A DNA stretch of 63,820 nucleotides, filler included, from Octopus bimaculoides (Eukaryota): NCBI RefSeq assembly GCF_001194135.2. It is 7 parts of 6 records of this genome, joined end to end, with 100 filler letters (N's around TTAATTAATTAA, not from the genome) between each part and the next. Parts side by side here need not be neighbours in the genome. Positions count along the whole stretch, not along the records: positions 26,955 to 43,836 come from NC_068983.1; 6 more parts are not named here. One strand, 5' to 3'. The notes below the pieces were generated by a model. The model saw only the letters and a program-made list of their open reading frames with translations, was not told the origin of the DNA and ran no database searches. Every line of letters begins with the position of its first letter. The stretch's first letter is position 1. This document shows, one piece after another, positions 27,712 to 40,756 of this stretch. The position numbers were made by a program, and so were the translations under genes.

Positions 27712-28660
27712 GGCAAAAGCGTGGCTGTGTGGTTAAGAAACCTGTTTCCTAGCAACGTGCTTTTGAGTTAAAATCCAATGCGCGGTAATCTGGACAAATG
27801 ATTCCTGCTATAAACCCCGAGTCTGGGCAGACCAAAGCCTTGTGAGTTGATTTGATAGAAAGAAACTGGCAGAAGTCCGTCGTATATATATATATATATA
27901 CCGTAAAAAGTCAGGGGATATGAGAGGTGAATATATTTATTTAACCACTTGATATCCTTATGATTACGGCCGTTTCGTAGCCTTCATCATGAATAGTAAC
28001 TTCAGTGTATGATTAATTACTTTACACGCCTGCACTAATATACATGCTACGAATTATACAATACGACTGTATATTTACAAATCAGTGCAATTATATTGCA
28101 TAATGTGTAGCATGTGCAGACATGTAAAATAATTTATTATAAACTGTAATTATTACTACATGAGGAAAACCCTAATCTCATCTCTAATACTTCCTGGCAC
28201 TTTGTGGTCTCTATATTCCACATGAAATAATTTCACCGATTAGATCTCCTAGATCTCGAATACATACAGTTCTGCATTATACTCCTTCGTATTGGATTAC
28301 TATGTGATCTGCTAGCTGGGTCCGCTGGCGGAGCTTTCTATGATAGCCACATGATTCTATGAAAACATATATTATTCGACAAATACATGTGTGTGTGTGT
28401 CTGTGTGTGTTTCCGTGTCTGCGTGCGTATCAATGCGTGTGTGTCTTTGTGTTCGTGGTTTGTCTTCCATCACCGCATGACAACCAGTATTGGTTTGTTT
28501 ACATCCTCTTAACTTAGAGGTTCGGTAAAAAGCCACCGATAAAATAAGTACTAGGCTTTAACAGAAATAATTACAGGGCTCGATATGTTCCACTGAATCC
28601 TTCAAGGCGGTGCTCCAGCATGACCGCAGTCCAGTGACTGAAACGAGTAAATGGTAAAAG
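27712..28660 (+). mobile_element. SINE family A with a ~470-bp nested insertion in its central microsatellite
   Basis: Head module 27712-27883, tail module about 28445-28660, unrelated segment 27901-28375 between them. Confidence 0.7.
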
Positions 28661-28852
28661 ACATGTTCTTTTGAATATCTTTTGAATATCGTTTGAATAT
28701 CCAAAGGCGGTTTCTATTTCCCTGGGTGGCTGCAATACTCATTTAGTTTACCATTTTTTCCATCACATATATATATGCATACAGTGATCAGCCAACGTGA
28801 AGGGTAATACTGCTCAAACAACCTCGCCTATAAATGGACTCTAATTCTTCAG

Positions 28853-28882
28853 ATGCAGCAAAGGTTCAAATTTTGCCAACAG
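28853..28882 (+). CDS. Candidate 30-nt microexon
   Basis: CTCTAATTCTTCAG | ATGCAGCAAAGGTTCAAATTTTGCCAACAG | GTAATT; open in all three frames. Confidence 0.3.
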
Positions 28883-29778
28883 GTAATTGCTTCCCTGCAT
28901 CCATTTTTATTTCAAATATAAACCTTGAACTTGTCTTATCTAACAACTCTGACAAATTCTGTCAGTTCCGGAGAATTCTAGATACGTAAAAATTATCTCT
29001 GCTTCTGATTCAGAGCATATTTATACCCACACACAAACGTACACGTTCACGTGCACAAACACACGCAGACATGCACACATGCAAGCCACACACACGCACA
29101 CACACAACACACACACACACACACACACACATATATCTATATTGACGTTCACTTACATGTTTAAATAACTCCTAAATACACGAAAACGAATTGACACACG
29201 TAAACATATACGTGTAAGAACACACACACACATATATATACACATACATATATATACATGTACGTATGTACAAACATATATACGTACACACATAAATATA
29301 TACGCATACACGAAATACAAACATTCATAAAAAAACAAACATTACATACATGCATNNNNNNNNNNNNNNNNNNNNNNNNNNNNNNNNNNNNNNNNNNNNN
29401 NNNNNNNNNNNNNNNNNNNNNNNNNNNNNNNNNNNNNNNNNNNNNNNNNNNNNNNNNNNNNNNNNNNNNNNNNNNNNNNNNNNNNNNNNNNNNNNNNNNN
29501 NNNNNNNNNNNNNNNNNNNNNNNNNNNNNNNNNNNNNNNNNNNNNNNNNNNNNNNNNNNNNNNNNNNNNNNNNNNNNNNNNNNNNNNNNNNNNNNNNNNN
29601 NNNNNNNNNNNNNNNNNNNNNNNNNNNNNNNNNNNNNNNNNNNNNNNNNNNNNNNNNNNNNNNNNNNNNNNNNNNNNNNNNNNNNNNNNNNNNNNNNNNN
29701 NNNNNNNNNNNNNNNNNNNNNNNTATATATATATATATATATGTAACTATATATATACATATATGTATACATATATAT

Positions 29779-29815
<37 letters not shown>

Positions 29816-29825
29816 CATATATATG

Positions 29826-29859
<34 letters not shown>

Positions 29860-30538
29860 TGTATGTATGTATCATGTATACATGTATGTATGTATGTATG
29901 TATGTATGCATGCATGTATGTATATATGTATGTAAGTATGTATGTATGTATGTATGCATGTACGCATGTATGTATGTATGTATATGCTCAGATTGTCACG
30001 ATCTTCCCCTCGTACCTGACCACTGAATGCCTGCTGAACGAGTTTTACCAGTCGGAATGACGAAAGTCCTATTTGAAATATCAGAATGAATGGAAACATC
30101 TAAGTCTATTATACTAATTCCATTGTACTGGCCACGGCCACCCGAGTGTTGCACCCAAGTAATATAGTAATATCTGTGATTACTTATTGTTATTGGCCGC
30201 AAAATGAGAACGATTAATTAATTAAGGCAAGGGTATTATGAATATAATTATCAAACTGACTATTAGAATGAAGTTAATGACTTGTTCGCCAGTGTTTGTG
30301 GTATTAGGTGAATGTGTGTGTGTGTGTGTGTGGTTGTCTATGTACATGAGTGTATATGCGTAAAGACAAACGTATACGTATATATATACATCCATACATG
30401 CATACGTACATATATATATATATATATATACATATATACACACATACACAAACATATGATGTGTGTGTGTATATAAATATGTATTTGAATGTATATATAC
30501 ATATATATGTATTAAGTACGAGCATGTAATTAATGTAC

Positions 30539-30575
<37 letters not shown>

Positions 30576-31403
30576 ATACGATGTATACATATATATATAC
30601 ATATATATATACATACATATATATATATATAATATACGTATACGATGTATACATACATATATATATATANNNNNNNNNNNNNNNNNNNNNNNNNNNNNNN
30701 NNNNNNNNNNNNNNNNNNNNNNNNNNNNNNNNNNNNNNNNNNNNNNNNNNNNNNNNNNNNNNNNNNNNNNNNNNNNNNNNNNNNNNNNNNNNNNNNNNNN
30801 NNNNNNNNNNNNNNNNNNNNNNNNNNNNNNNNNNNNNNNNNNNNNNNNNNNNNNNNNNNNNNNNNNNNNNNNNNNNNNNNNNNNNNNNNNNNNNNNNNNN
30901 NNNNNNNNNNNNNNNNNNNNNNNNNNNNNNNNNNNNNNNNNNNNNNNNNNNNNNNNNNNNNNNNNNNNNNNNNNNNNNNNNNNNNNNNNNNNNNNNNNNN
31001 NNNNNNNNNNNNNNNNNNNNNNNNNNNNNNNNNNNNNNNNNNNNNNNNNNNNNNNNNNNNNNNNNNNNNNNNNNNNNNNNNNNNNNNNNNNNNNNNNNNN
31101 NNNNNNNNNNNNNNNNNNNNNNNNNNNNNNNNNNNNNNNNNNNNNNNNNNNNNNNNNNNNNNNNNNNNNNNNNNNNNNNNNNNNNNAAGACCTGTGAGTA
31201 AAATTCTGTTGACGGAGACTGTATTGAAGCCTATCAGATAGAATAGTTCTTTCACAATATACCAATTGATTCTGCAAGGGAATTTACATTAAAAAGATAT
31301 TGAATTGAGAAATAATAAAATAGAGAGATAACATTTGGTATTATGAGTGGCTGGAACTTACAATTGTCTTCAAGAGAATATAATAAACAAAATAATAAAT
31401 GGG

Positions 31404-31645
31404 CCCTTTTAAAGCCTAGCCAGCCTCATGGGCCCAGTTTCCCGGTTTCAATGGCGTATGTGTCCCCCAGCTGGACGGGACGCCAGTCCATCGTAGCGTT
31501 ACTCATTTTTGCCAGCTGGGTGGACTAGAGCAACGTGAAATGAAGTGTTTTGCTCAAGAACAAAACGCGTCGCCCAGTCCAGGAATCGAAACCACAATTT
31601 TACGATTATGGTGCTGATACCCTAACCACTAAGCCACGTGCCTCC
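31404..31645 (-). mobile_element. tRNA-derived SINE with CORE-like and V-domain-like segments
   Basis: Minus: GGAGGCACGTGGCTTAGTGG...TTTCGATTCC...TTCTTGAGCAAAACACTT...CGATGGACTGGCGTCCCGTCCAG (recalled V-SINE motif). Related copies at 36415-36750 (+) and 47868-48008 (-). Confidence 0.7.
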
Positions 31646-33376
31646 CCTTTCAAGAGAATAACTTTTACTATATCAGTTGTGACCTATTTTGTTTTAGCAT
31701 GCAAAAGTTAGTGGATACTTGTGCTGAAGAAGAGGTAGAAATATGTTTTGCAATACCATTATAAGTACTGGACAACCTTCGTCTGGTGCTGCAATATTTC
31801 TGCGCTTTTGGGACGAGCCTTCTAAACGAGATACTTTCTCGAGACGAATCTCACAGTCTATAAGTCTTTCAACGATGCATCTGCTATAAATATGAGGTGC
31901 AGGTTGCTATTTTGAACTAATTCTGATAATTCGCACACTACCGTTTATGAAATCAGCATATAATTAATTGCAACGGAAATCTCATAAGTTGACAAGCCGA
32001 GACGAGTTTAACCCTTGGCGCGATGAGAGCTGCTGATGAGGATTAAGATGCATTAAGCAACAGAATACGAAATAATCAGCGACCGTAGCAGGCTTGTCTC
32101 CCTTGTCAGCTCATTAAGATAGTACTTTTTGTGGTTACTGAGTTGTTTTGACTCTTATTTCTAGCAATACTAGTGCTGATTAGTGCGCTTGTTCGCTTTA
32201 GTGACGTTTATATTTCTGCCTTTAAGTTAAAAAAATTAGCCATCCATATTATATTGTTGGCGATTTTTTTCTTCCGTCTTCCGTTTCTCTTGAACTTTCC
32301 TCTGTCTCCTGTTTCTGAAGAAGAGAACGAAATGTAAAACAACCTTTCGTTCCTTCCCTGAGTGTCTTTTAATACTTGCATGTACCACGTGCTCACATTT
32401 TTGTTTTTTCTTGTTTTTTTCTTCGTTTTTTGGATATATATATATATATATATANNNNNNNNNNNNNNNNNNNNNNNNNNNNNNNNNNNNNNNNNNNNNN
32501 NNNNNNNNNNNNNNNNNNNNNNNNNNNNNNNNNNNNNNNNNNNNNNNNNNNNNNNNNNNNNNNNNNNNNNNNNNNNNNNNNNNNNNNNNNNNNNNNNNNN
32601 NNNNNNNNNNNNNNNNNNNNNNNNNNNNNNNNNNNNNNNNNNNNNNNNNNNNNNNNNNNNNNNNNNNNNNNNNNNNNNNNNNNNNNNNNNNNNNNNNNNN
32701 NNNNNNNNNNNNNNNNNNNNNNNNNNNNNNNNNNNNNNNNNNNNNNNNNNNNNNNNNNNNNNNNNNNNNNNNNNNNNNNNNNNNNNNNNNNNNNNNNNNN
32801 NNNNNNNNNNNNNNNNNNNNNNNNNNNNNNNNNNNNNNNNNNNNNNNNNNNNNNNNNNNNNNNNNNNNNNNNNNNNNNNNNNNNNNNNNNNNNNNNNNNN
32901 NNNNNNNNNNNNNNNNNNNNNNNNNNNNNNNNNNNNNNNNNNNNNNNNNNNNNNNNNNNNNNNNNNNNNNNNNNNNNNNNNNNNNNNNNNNNNNNNNNNN
33001 NNNNNNNNNNNNNNNNNNNNNNNNNNNNNNNNNNNNNNNNNNNNNNNNNNNNNNNNNNNNNNNNNNNNNNNNNNNNNNNNNNNNNNNNNNNNNNNNNNNN
33101 NNNNNNNNNNNNNNNNNNNNNNNNNNNNNNNNNNNNNNNNNNNNNNNNNNNNNNNNNNNNNNNNNNNNNNNNNNNNNNNNNNNNNNNNNNNNNNNNNNNN
33201 NNNNNNNNNNNNNNNNNNNNNNNNNNNNNNNNNNNNNNNNNNNNNNNNNNNNNNNNNNNNNNNNNNNNNNNNNNNNNNNNNCACAATATAGCAACTTTAT
33301 TTTATATGCATTTGACCAAGTGTATAGGGTGACAAAGGGAGGGAAGGAAGAGAGAGAGAAAGGAAGCAAGAAAGAA

Positions 33377-33428
<52 letters not shown>

Positions 33429-33998
33429 GGTATTAATGGAGGACTAAAAAACGAGAGAAACTGTTGGGCATCAGATATGAAATCTTGCAGTATCTGGTCT
33501 GGTCTGACGTTTTGCATTCTGCCGGTAATACATACGACGGCACTGGTGCTAAATTGTATTGATTTTTCATCCGGACATTATCAGTGGTATGCAGAGGGGA
33601 GACTTGCTAGGATTTCACTAGGCAGTCGTTTTCCTCCACTCAATTCCACTAATAAGGCATCAGTCAACCCCTGGACCGAGTAAAAATTAATTTTTTAAAA
33701 AAATTACCGGATCTGTCAGATTCTGGCATCGAACTCGGAACCACGTGGTTGCGAATCGATCTTCTGAACCACAGAATATTGCCTGAGCCTATAGATCTAC
33801 AATATCTACTGCCTCCGTCATATAAGATCAGGTACGTATGTGTGTGTGTGTGTTTGAAATGAGGGAGATTTGGTTGTTATATCTAGCAGCTTCAAGCAAC
33901 CGTATAGTGACCCCGTCATGAATAAGTTCAGTTGTATTATTTAGCATGAAAATAGTTTGACAATAGGCACGTATCGTTATCGATATACGGACATTTTT

Positions 33999-34065
<67 letters not shown>

Positions 34066-34544
34066 TAGGAATAACAACAGTGTGATCGTTGATGTCGTTG
34101 TGTTATTGCAGTGTATTGTAATACGGTGGAAGGATACACAGCTTAAAGTAGTATAATAAGTCTTCTGATTATTATATTGCTAAAGAGTAATGTTGTTCCG
34201 CTTGTTGTTTTGGAAGAACATCGGGGCAGGAGCGGGGCGAGGGGGCGTGGCAAGAGATCTTTCTTTCAGACGTTTTCCAAACGTCTGCAGTTATAAATCA
34301 TTGCCTGTCAAAATATATTCCGAATGTCTGCGTGGAAATTTATTTCTGTAGTGTTAAGGATTAAGAAGCAAGAAGCTATCATAACTGGTCGCTTTCGAGT
34401 GTCCAGTGTGTCAGGTCATGAACCTCCTGATGAGAGAGAGGAAGAAGGAAAGAAGGAAAATACAACGTAGGTGGGGGGATGGAGGGACTGTTGGCAGGCA
34501 AAAGGTGTGGATAAACAACGTGTTTCCAGTGACTTATCAATAGC

Positions 34545-34846
34545 CGTGGGTGTGTGGTTAAAAAGTTTGCTTCCAAGCCATGTGGTCTTGCTTTCAGTCC
34601 CACCGCGTGGCACCTTGGACAAGTGTCTTCTACTATAGCCTTGGGCTGACCAAAGCCTCGTGAGTGGATTTGATAGATATACATATGTATGTGTGTAATA
34701 TGTATGTGTGTGTTTGTGTTATTAAACCCGTACCGCTTGACAACCGGTGCTGGTTTGTTTACGTTCCAATTGCCTCGTGGTTCAGTAAAAAGAGGCCGAT
34801 AAAATAAGAATAAAATTTTTTAAAAAGTACTACAATCGATTTGTTT
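34545..34846 (+). mobile_element. SINE family A
   Basis: GTGTGTGGTTAAAAAGTTTGCTTCC...GTGGCACCTTGGACAAGTGTCTTCTACTATAGCC; the CCTTGGxCAAGT block is CORE-like. Confidence 0.85.
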
Positions 34847-35692
34847 NNNNNNNNNNNNNNNNNNNNNNNNNNNNNNNNNNNNNNNNNNNNNNNNNNNNNN
34901 NNNNNNNNNNNNNNNNNNNNNNNNNNNNNNNNNNNNNNNNNNNNNNNNNNNNNNNNNNNNNNNNNNNNNNNNNNNNNNNNNNNNNNNNNNNNNNNNNNNN
35001 NNNNNNNNNNNNNNNNNNNNNNNNNNNNNNNNNNNNNNNNNNNNNNNNNNNNNNNNNNNNNNNNNNNNNNNNNNNNNNNNNNNNNNNNNNNNNNNNNNNN
35101 NNNNNNNNNNNNNNNNNNNNNNNNNNNNNNNNNNNNNNNNNNNNNNNNNNNNNNNNNNNNNNNNNNNNNNNNNNNNNNNNNNNNNNNNNNNNNNNNNNNN
35201 NNNNNNNNNNNNNNNNNNNNNNNNNNNNNNNNNNNNNNNNNNNNNNNNNNNNNNNNNNNNNNNNNNNNNNNNNNNNNNNNNNNNNNNNNNNNNNNNNNNN
35301 NNNNNNNNNNNNNNNNNNNNNNNNNNNNNNNNNNNNNNNNNNNNNNNNNNNNNNNNNNNNNNNNNNNNNNNNNNNNNNNNNNNNNNNNNNNNNNNNNNNN
35401 NNNNNNNNNNNNNNNNNNNNNNNNNNNNNNNNNNNNNNNNNNNNNNNNNNNNNNNNNNNNNNNNNNNNNNNNNNNNNNNNNNNNNNNNNNNNNNNNNNNN
35501 NNNNNNNNNNNNNNNNNNNNNNNNNNNNNNNNNNNNNNNNNNNNNNNNNNNNNNNNNNNNNNNNNNNNNNNNNNNNNNNNNNNNNNNNNNNNNNNNNNNN
35601 NNNNNNNNNNNNNNNNNNNNNNNNNNNNNNNNNNNNNNNNNNNNNNNNNNNNNNNNNNNNNNNNNNNNNNNNNNNNNNNNNNNNNNATTCTC

Positions 35693-35730
<38 letters not shown>

Positions 35731-37172
35731 ATACAAAAAATGGGACAAGGACGCCACAAGCGATAACAAAACATCCAGACAGTTGGATGATACAAAAAGG
35801 GACATGAAAAAACAAGGACGGGCCATTCGGATTTTTCTTTCGTCAGTCGAGTTCCAGATTATCTTTGCAGTTTCGGTTGGTTATACTCGAGGACAGAAAA
35901 AACGGAGAAATGGTACACAAGTACAAATGTAAACAACAGGTATCTTTCGGCTAACGACGAATTAAATTAAGCTGGCGTGTGTGGAAGTGAAGCCTTACAG
36001 CAGGGACATAAGAGATGACAAGCATGGGAAGGAATATAGATATTGCACGGATGGTAGTCGAACCAAGATAGAAAAGTCAGGCTTGGCCGAACACCGGTCA
36101 CGTGGAAGGAGGGGAGAGAGGTAGAGGCAGAGGGATAGAAGAATTGGGGAGGGACGAGAAGAAAGAAAAGAGACAGAGTGAAGTGAAAGAGGAGGGAAGG
36201 TGAGAATGAAGGGAAGGCCATATATAAGTGGTCGTTCGATTTGCTTGAAATAACAACGAAATGCATTTCAAATTTCACTTTAACAACATTTATTTAAAAG
36301 GAAGGATATACTGGAAAATATAATTCTAGACGCCTCGTACCTTAAATACATAAAAATAAAGACAGCGATATTGCAGATAGAACGCCACAGTTGGCTATAG
36401 TCCTGCTTGACTTAACGATGGCTCAGTGTTTATAGCATCGGGCTTACAATAATAAGGCAGTGAGTTCGATTCCTGGACCGGACAATTTGTTGTGTTCTTG
36501 AGGAAAAACACCTTATTTCACTCTGCTCTCAGTTCACTCATCTGTAGAAATGAGTTGCAGTGTCCCTGGTGCCAAGCTGTATCGGCCCCTTTGCCTTTCT
36601 CTTGAATAATATCGGTGGCGTAGAGAGGAGAAGTTGGCATGCAGGGGCTACTCTTGGTCTTCCATAAACAACCTTGCTCGGACTCATGCCTCGGAAGGTT
36701 ACTTTCGAGGTGCAGTCCCATGGTCATTCATGACCGAAGGGGGTCTTTACCCGTTTTAAACTCGGATTAAGCAAAAGTATCAAGAACAAGGGTTGAGCAT
36801 CATAATTTTCATGTTACTGATTTTTCACTGCCACATTATCTATCAATATATGATCTTCCGTGATTAGCGGAACGATATCGAACCTGTAACTCGCTTATTA
36901 ACAGTGATGCAGTGGTACGCCGCAGGTTTTTAGATGACATGCGGTGAACTTAGACAAAAAGGAAAGAAAACTGACCTGGTACTCAATAACCCCAACAGGG
37001 GTAGTATGTTGTTTATTACACACACATTCAACTGTGGTATAATTTCCGTCGGTCAAGGTGATGCGCATTCGGTTATTTGACCGGTTCAATTTCTACCCAG
37101 GAGATTAACTTGTAAGTGGTTGAGTATTCCAGAGATATGTATAATTTTTTAAAATATAATAATCAGTCTGAA

Positions 37173-37375
37173 GGCGGCGAGCTGGCAGAATCATTAGCAC
37201 GCCGGGCAATGTTTTGCGGCATTTCGTCCGTCTTTACGTTCTGAGTTCAAATTCCGCCGAGGTCTTTCATCCTTTTGGGCTCGATAAAATATGTACCAAT
37301 TGAGCACTCTTTTATGTAATCAAAGATAACTCGTGCCTTGAACTTGCTGGCCTTGTGCTAGAATCTGATACCAAT
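37173..37375 (+). mobile_element. SINE family B
   Basis: GGCGGCGAGCTGGCAGAATCATTAGC...GAGTTCAAATTCCGCCGAGG. Confidence 0.85.
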
Positions 37376-37451
37376 AAATTGGTATTACAATGACAGAATG
37401 TGTAATAAGACTGGTTGCTTTCAAATAAAGGTACTGTCGAAAGAGAGAGAA

Positions 37452-37510
<59 letters not shown>

Positions 37511-38513
37511 GAGAAAATCGTCTCTAATACTGAAGTGGTACTTCATATATCGGTCCCGAAGGAAAGAGAGACAAGTTTACCTTGACACTATTCGAATTCA
37601 GACACCAAAGAACTGGACTGAATACAGCAGAGCATTGTATCCGATGCTGTGGCCATTTTGCCTATCTTCCTCCTTAAACTCACTTATACAAACACAGTCG
37701 CACATAACCCCCCCCACACACACACACACACACGATCATTGACAGAATATCTTATGCCGTAACTTTTAGCGTTCGAACGTTTTGCTCCAAAATGCTTCCT
37801 TAATATCAAGCTTTCATTTTCTTTTCTTTTCTCATTTAACGTTTCAGATTTTCCCTTATTACAACATTTCTCCCCACCCCACCTCACTTTAGCCTTCCTT
37901 TGATTGTTTGTTAGCTTTACATTGTTTTACTTTGCTTGTTTCTTTGACTTGTAAGACTTTCCTCCCCCCTCTCCATCTTGCTTGCTTTTCCTAATTCCTT
38001 TTCTCATATTTATGAGATAGAACTGTTTATATTTTGGTTGTCACCTCCGCCGGAAAACAACTTCCCTCTCTTCCCAATGTACTGCGCCGTCAGCCGTGTT
38101 TGCGAATTAAGCTACAAGCGATGCTCTCAAGTTGCCGTCTAATCATCAATCTCAACAGCTTCCTGTACTTCTCATACTAAACCAAGTCAGCCATTACTTA
38201 AGTCATTCGATACCTTTCGGTAGCCATTTTGAATTTTGAACTTTCCGCTGTTATTTTTGTTTTTCTTGTAGGTTGGTATTTTTTGTGCGTGCCTTTTTGC
38301 GTTGCTTAATTTATTATTTATTTTATAGATTAACATATGTTTGTTTTTCTTTGTTGTTTATTTTTAAAAAGAAATAGTTTGTTTCGAAAATTTAACAACA
38401 ACGATAGTAACAGCGACTTAACATTAATGAAACAACCTCAACGATAATGACTAGCACAAACGAGAACAACAATTAAGAAAACAAATTAAGAATTACAAGG
38501 AAGAAAAGGATAA

Positions 38514-38608
<95 letters not shown>

Positions 38609-39211
38609 TAGATAGAGAGAGAGAGAGAGAAATGAGTAATAAAGAAAAGGAGAGACAAAGATAGAGGCATATAGTTAGTGGAAGGAAGAGGTATTCAGAA
38701 AGTGATGCTAGTAAAAACCCAAGGTGGGATTATTCGAAAGTTGGTAGAGTATATTCAGACTGTCTCTAGTTACTCTCGTGAACAGTGCAAACTGCCCACA
38801 AAATGTTGAAGTCTATTTCTAGTAGTCCTGCAGTTATTCCTCATTCTCACGATAATGATGATGATGAGGAGGATGAGGAGGATGAGGATGATGCGAATGA
38901 CAGTGATGATGGTAGTGATGATGAAAAGGAAGAAGAATAGAAAACAATCGCACTACCATCACCACCATCACCACCATCATCACCACCACTCTCTTCCTTT
39001 CTCCTCACCGCCACCTCTACTTCTTCCTTATTCTCATTTCCTCCTCTTCATCATCATCATTAATAAGTCCGTATCAAAATATATACAAACGCTGTAAGTT
39101 TGATATTAGTTCACCATAGATGTTCTCTAATTTTAATCTCTCTCACTCTCTCTGTCTTTCTCCCTCTCGCCCTCTTTCTTCATATATATATATATATATA
39201 TTTATATATAA

Positions 39212-39455
39212 ACAATTGCAGCGTGGAAGGTGTTTATAAGCCATTTAAAATAACACACAAAAACCGTTAGATTCACTTTGAGATTTAGATTTAATGTGTC
39301 AAAATATTTTCGTCGCTTTGAGACCGCGACAAAATTCTGTGCTAAACGACGAAAATATTTTGACAAATTAAATTTAAATGTTGAAGTTAATCAACGGTTT
39401 TTGTGTGTTAGTGTTATTTTAAATGGCTTATAAACACCTTCCACGCTGCAATTGT
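39212..39455. mobile_element. Fold-back (palindromic) MITE-like element
   Basis: Perfect 45-bp terminal inverted repeat ACAATTGCAGCGTGGAAGGTGTTTATAAGCCATTTAAAATAACAC, with imperfect complementarity continuing to about 105 bp per arm. Confidence 0.85.
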
Positions 39456-39627
39456 ATGCATATTTAATATTGTTGATGAATGGCCTTATCAGTAGAATAC
39501 ATAACAATGCGTATGTACATATATGTGAGAATATATAGATTTATGTGTGCATGTGGTATGCTTGTGTGTGTCTGTGCATGTGTGTGTGTATATACATACA
39601 TACATACATACATACATACATGCATAC

Positions 39628-39682
<55 letters not shown>

Positions 39683-40678
39683 NNNNNNNNNNNNNNNNNN
39701 NNNNNNNNNNNNNNNNNNNNNNNNNNNNNNNNNNNNNNNNNNNNNNNNNNNNNNNNNNNNNNNNNNNNNNNNNNNNNNNNNNNNNNNNNNNNNNNNNNNN
39801 NNNNNNNNNNNNNNNNNNNNNNNNNNNNNNNNNNNNNNNNNNNNNNNNNNNNNNNNNNNNNNNNNNNNNNNNNNNNNNNNNNNNNNNNNNNNNNNNNNNN
39901 NNNNNNNNNNNNNNNNNNNNNNNNNNNNNNNNNNNNNNNNNNNNNNNNNNNNNNNNNNNNNNNNNNNNNNNNNNNNNNNNNNNNNNNNNNNNNNNNNNNN
40001 NNNNNNNNNNNNNNNNNNNNNNNNNNNNNNNNNNNNNNNNNNNNNNNNNNNNNNNNNNNNNNNNNNNNNNNNNNNNNNNNNNNNNNNNNNNNNNNNNNNN
40101 NNNNNNNNNNNNNNNNNNNNNNNNNNNNNNNNNNNNNNNNNNNNNNNNNNNNNNNNNNNNNNNNNNNNNNNNNNNNNNNNNNNNNNNNNNNNNNNNNNNN
40201 NNNNNNNNNNNNNNNNNNNNNNNNNNNNNNNNNNNNNNNNNNNNNNNNNNNNNNNNNNNNNNNNNNNNNNNNNNNNNNNNNNNNNNNNNNNNNNNNNNNN
40301 NNNNNNNNNNNNNNNNATATATATATATGCATACATATGTATGACGCATGTATGTGTAAATGTATATATATACAGATGTAAAAGAATGTCGCATGGTGAA
40401 GATAAAAGCTTACCACGTTCTGCTCTGCATACAAGACATATCTCTCCCTCCTCCCCCTCTCTCTCCCGCTCTCTCTCTCACTCTCACGCACACTTACATA
40501 CCCAAAGATACATACACATAGGCACACACCCACACATACACACATATATAATACGAGTATATATAGATGATACACAGCCATGCATGTATCTGTTTATTTG
40601 TTACCCGCATATTTATACACGTAGAAAAAGCTATCATACACACATGTACATGTGTGTGTGTGTGTGTCTTTCTATCTA

Positions 40679-40756
<78 letters not shown>

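Noticed and set aside
31200-31310. Possible Penelope RT-like remnant (QIE*FFHNIPIDSARE)
   Set aside because: Too short and degenerate to assign.
36975-37095. Apparent minus-strand exon KLNRSNNRMRITLTDG...EYQ with a GTCAGT donor
   Set aside because: Its 5' half and acceptor lie in a decayed SINE C tail (CCGTCGGT...ATTAACTTGTAAGTGG), and there is no polypyrimidine tract.
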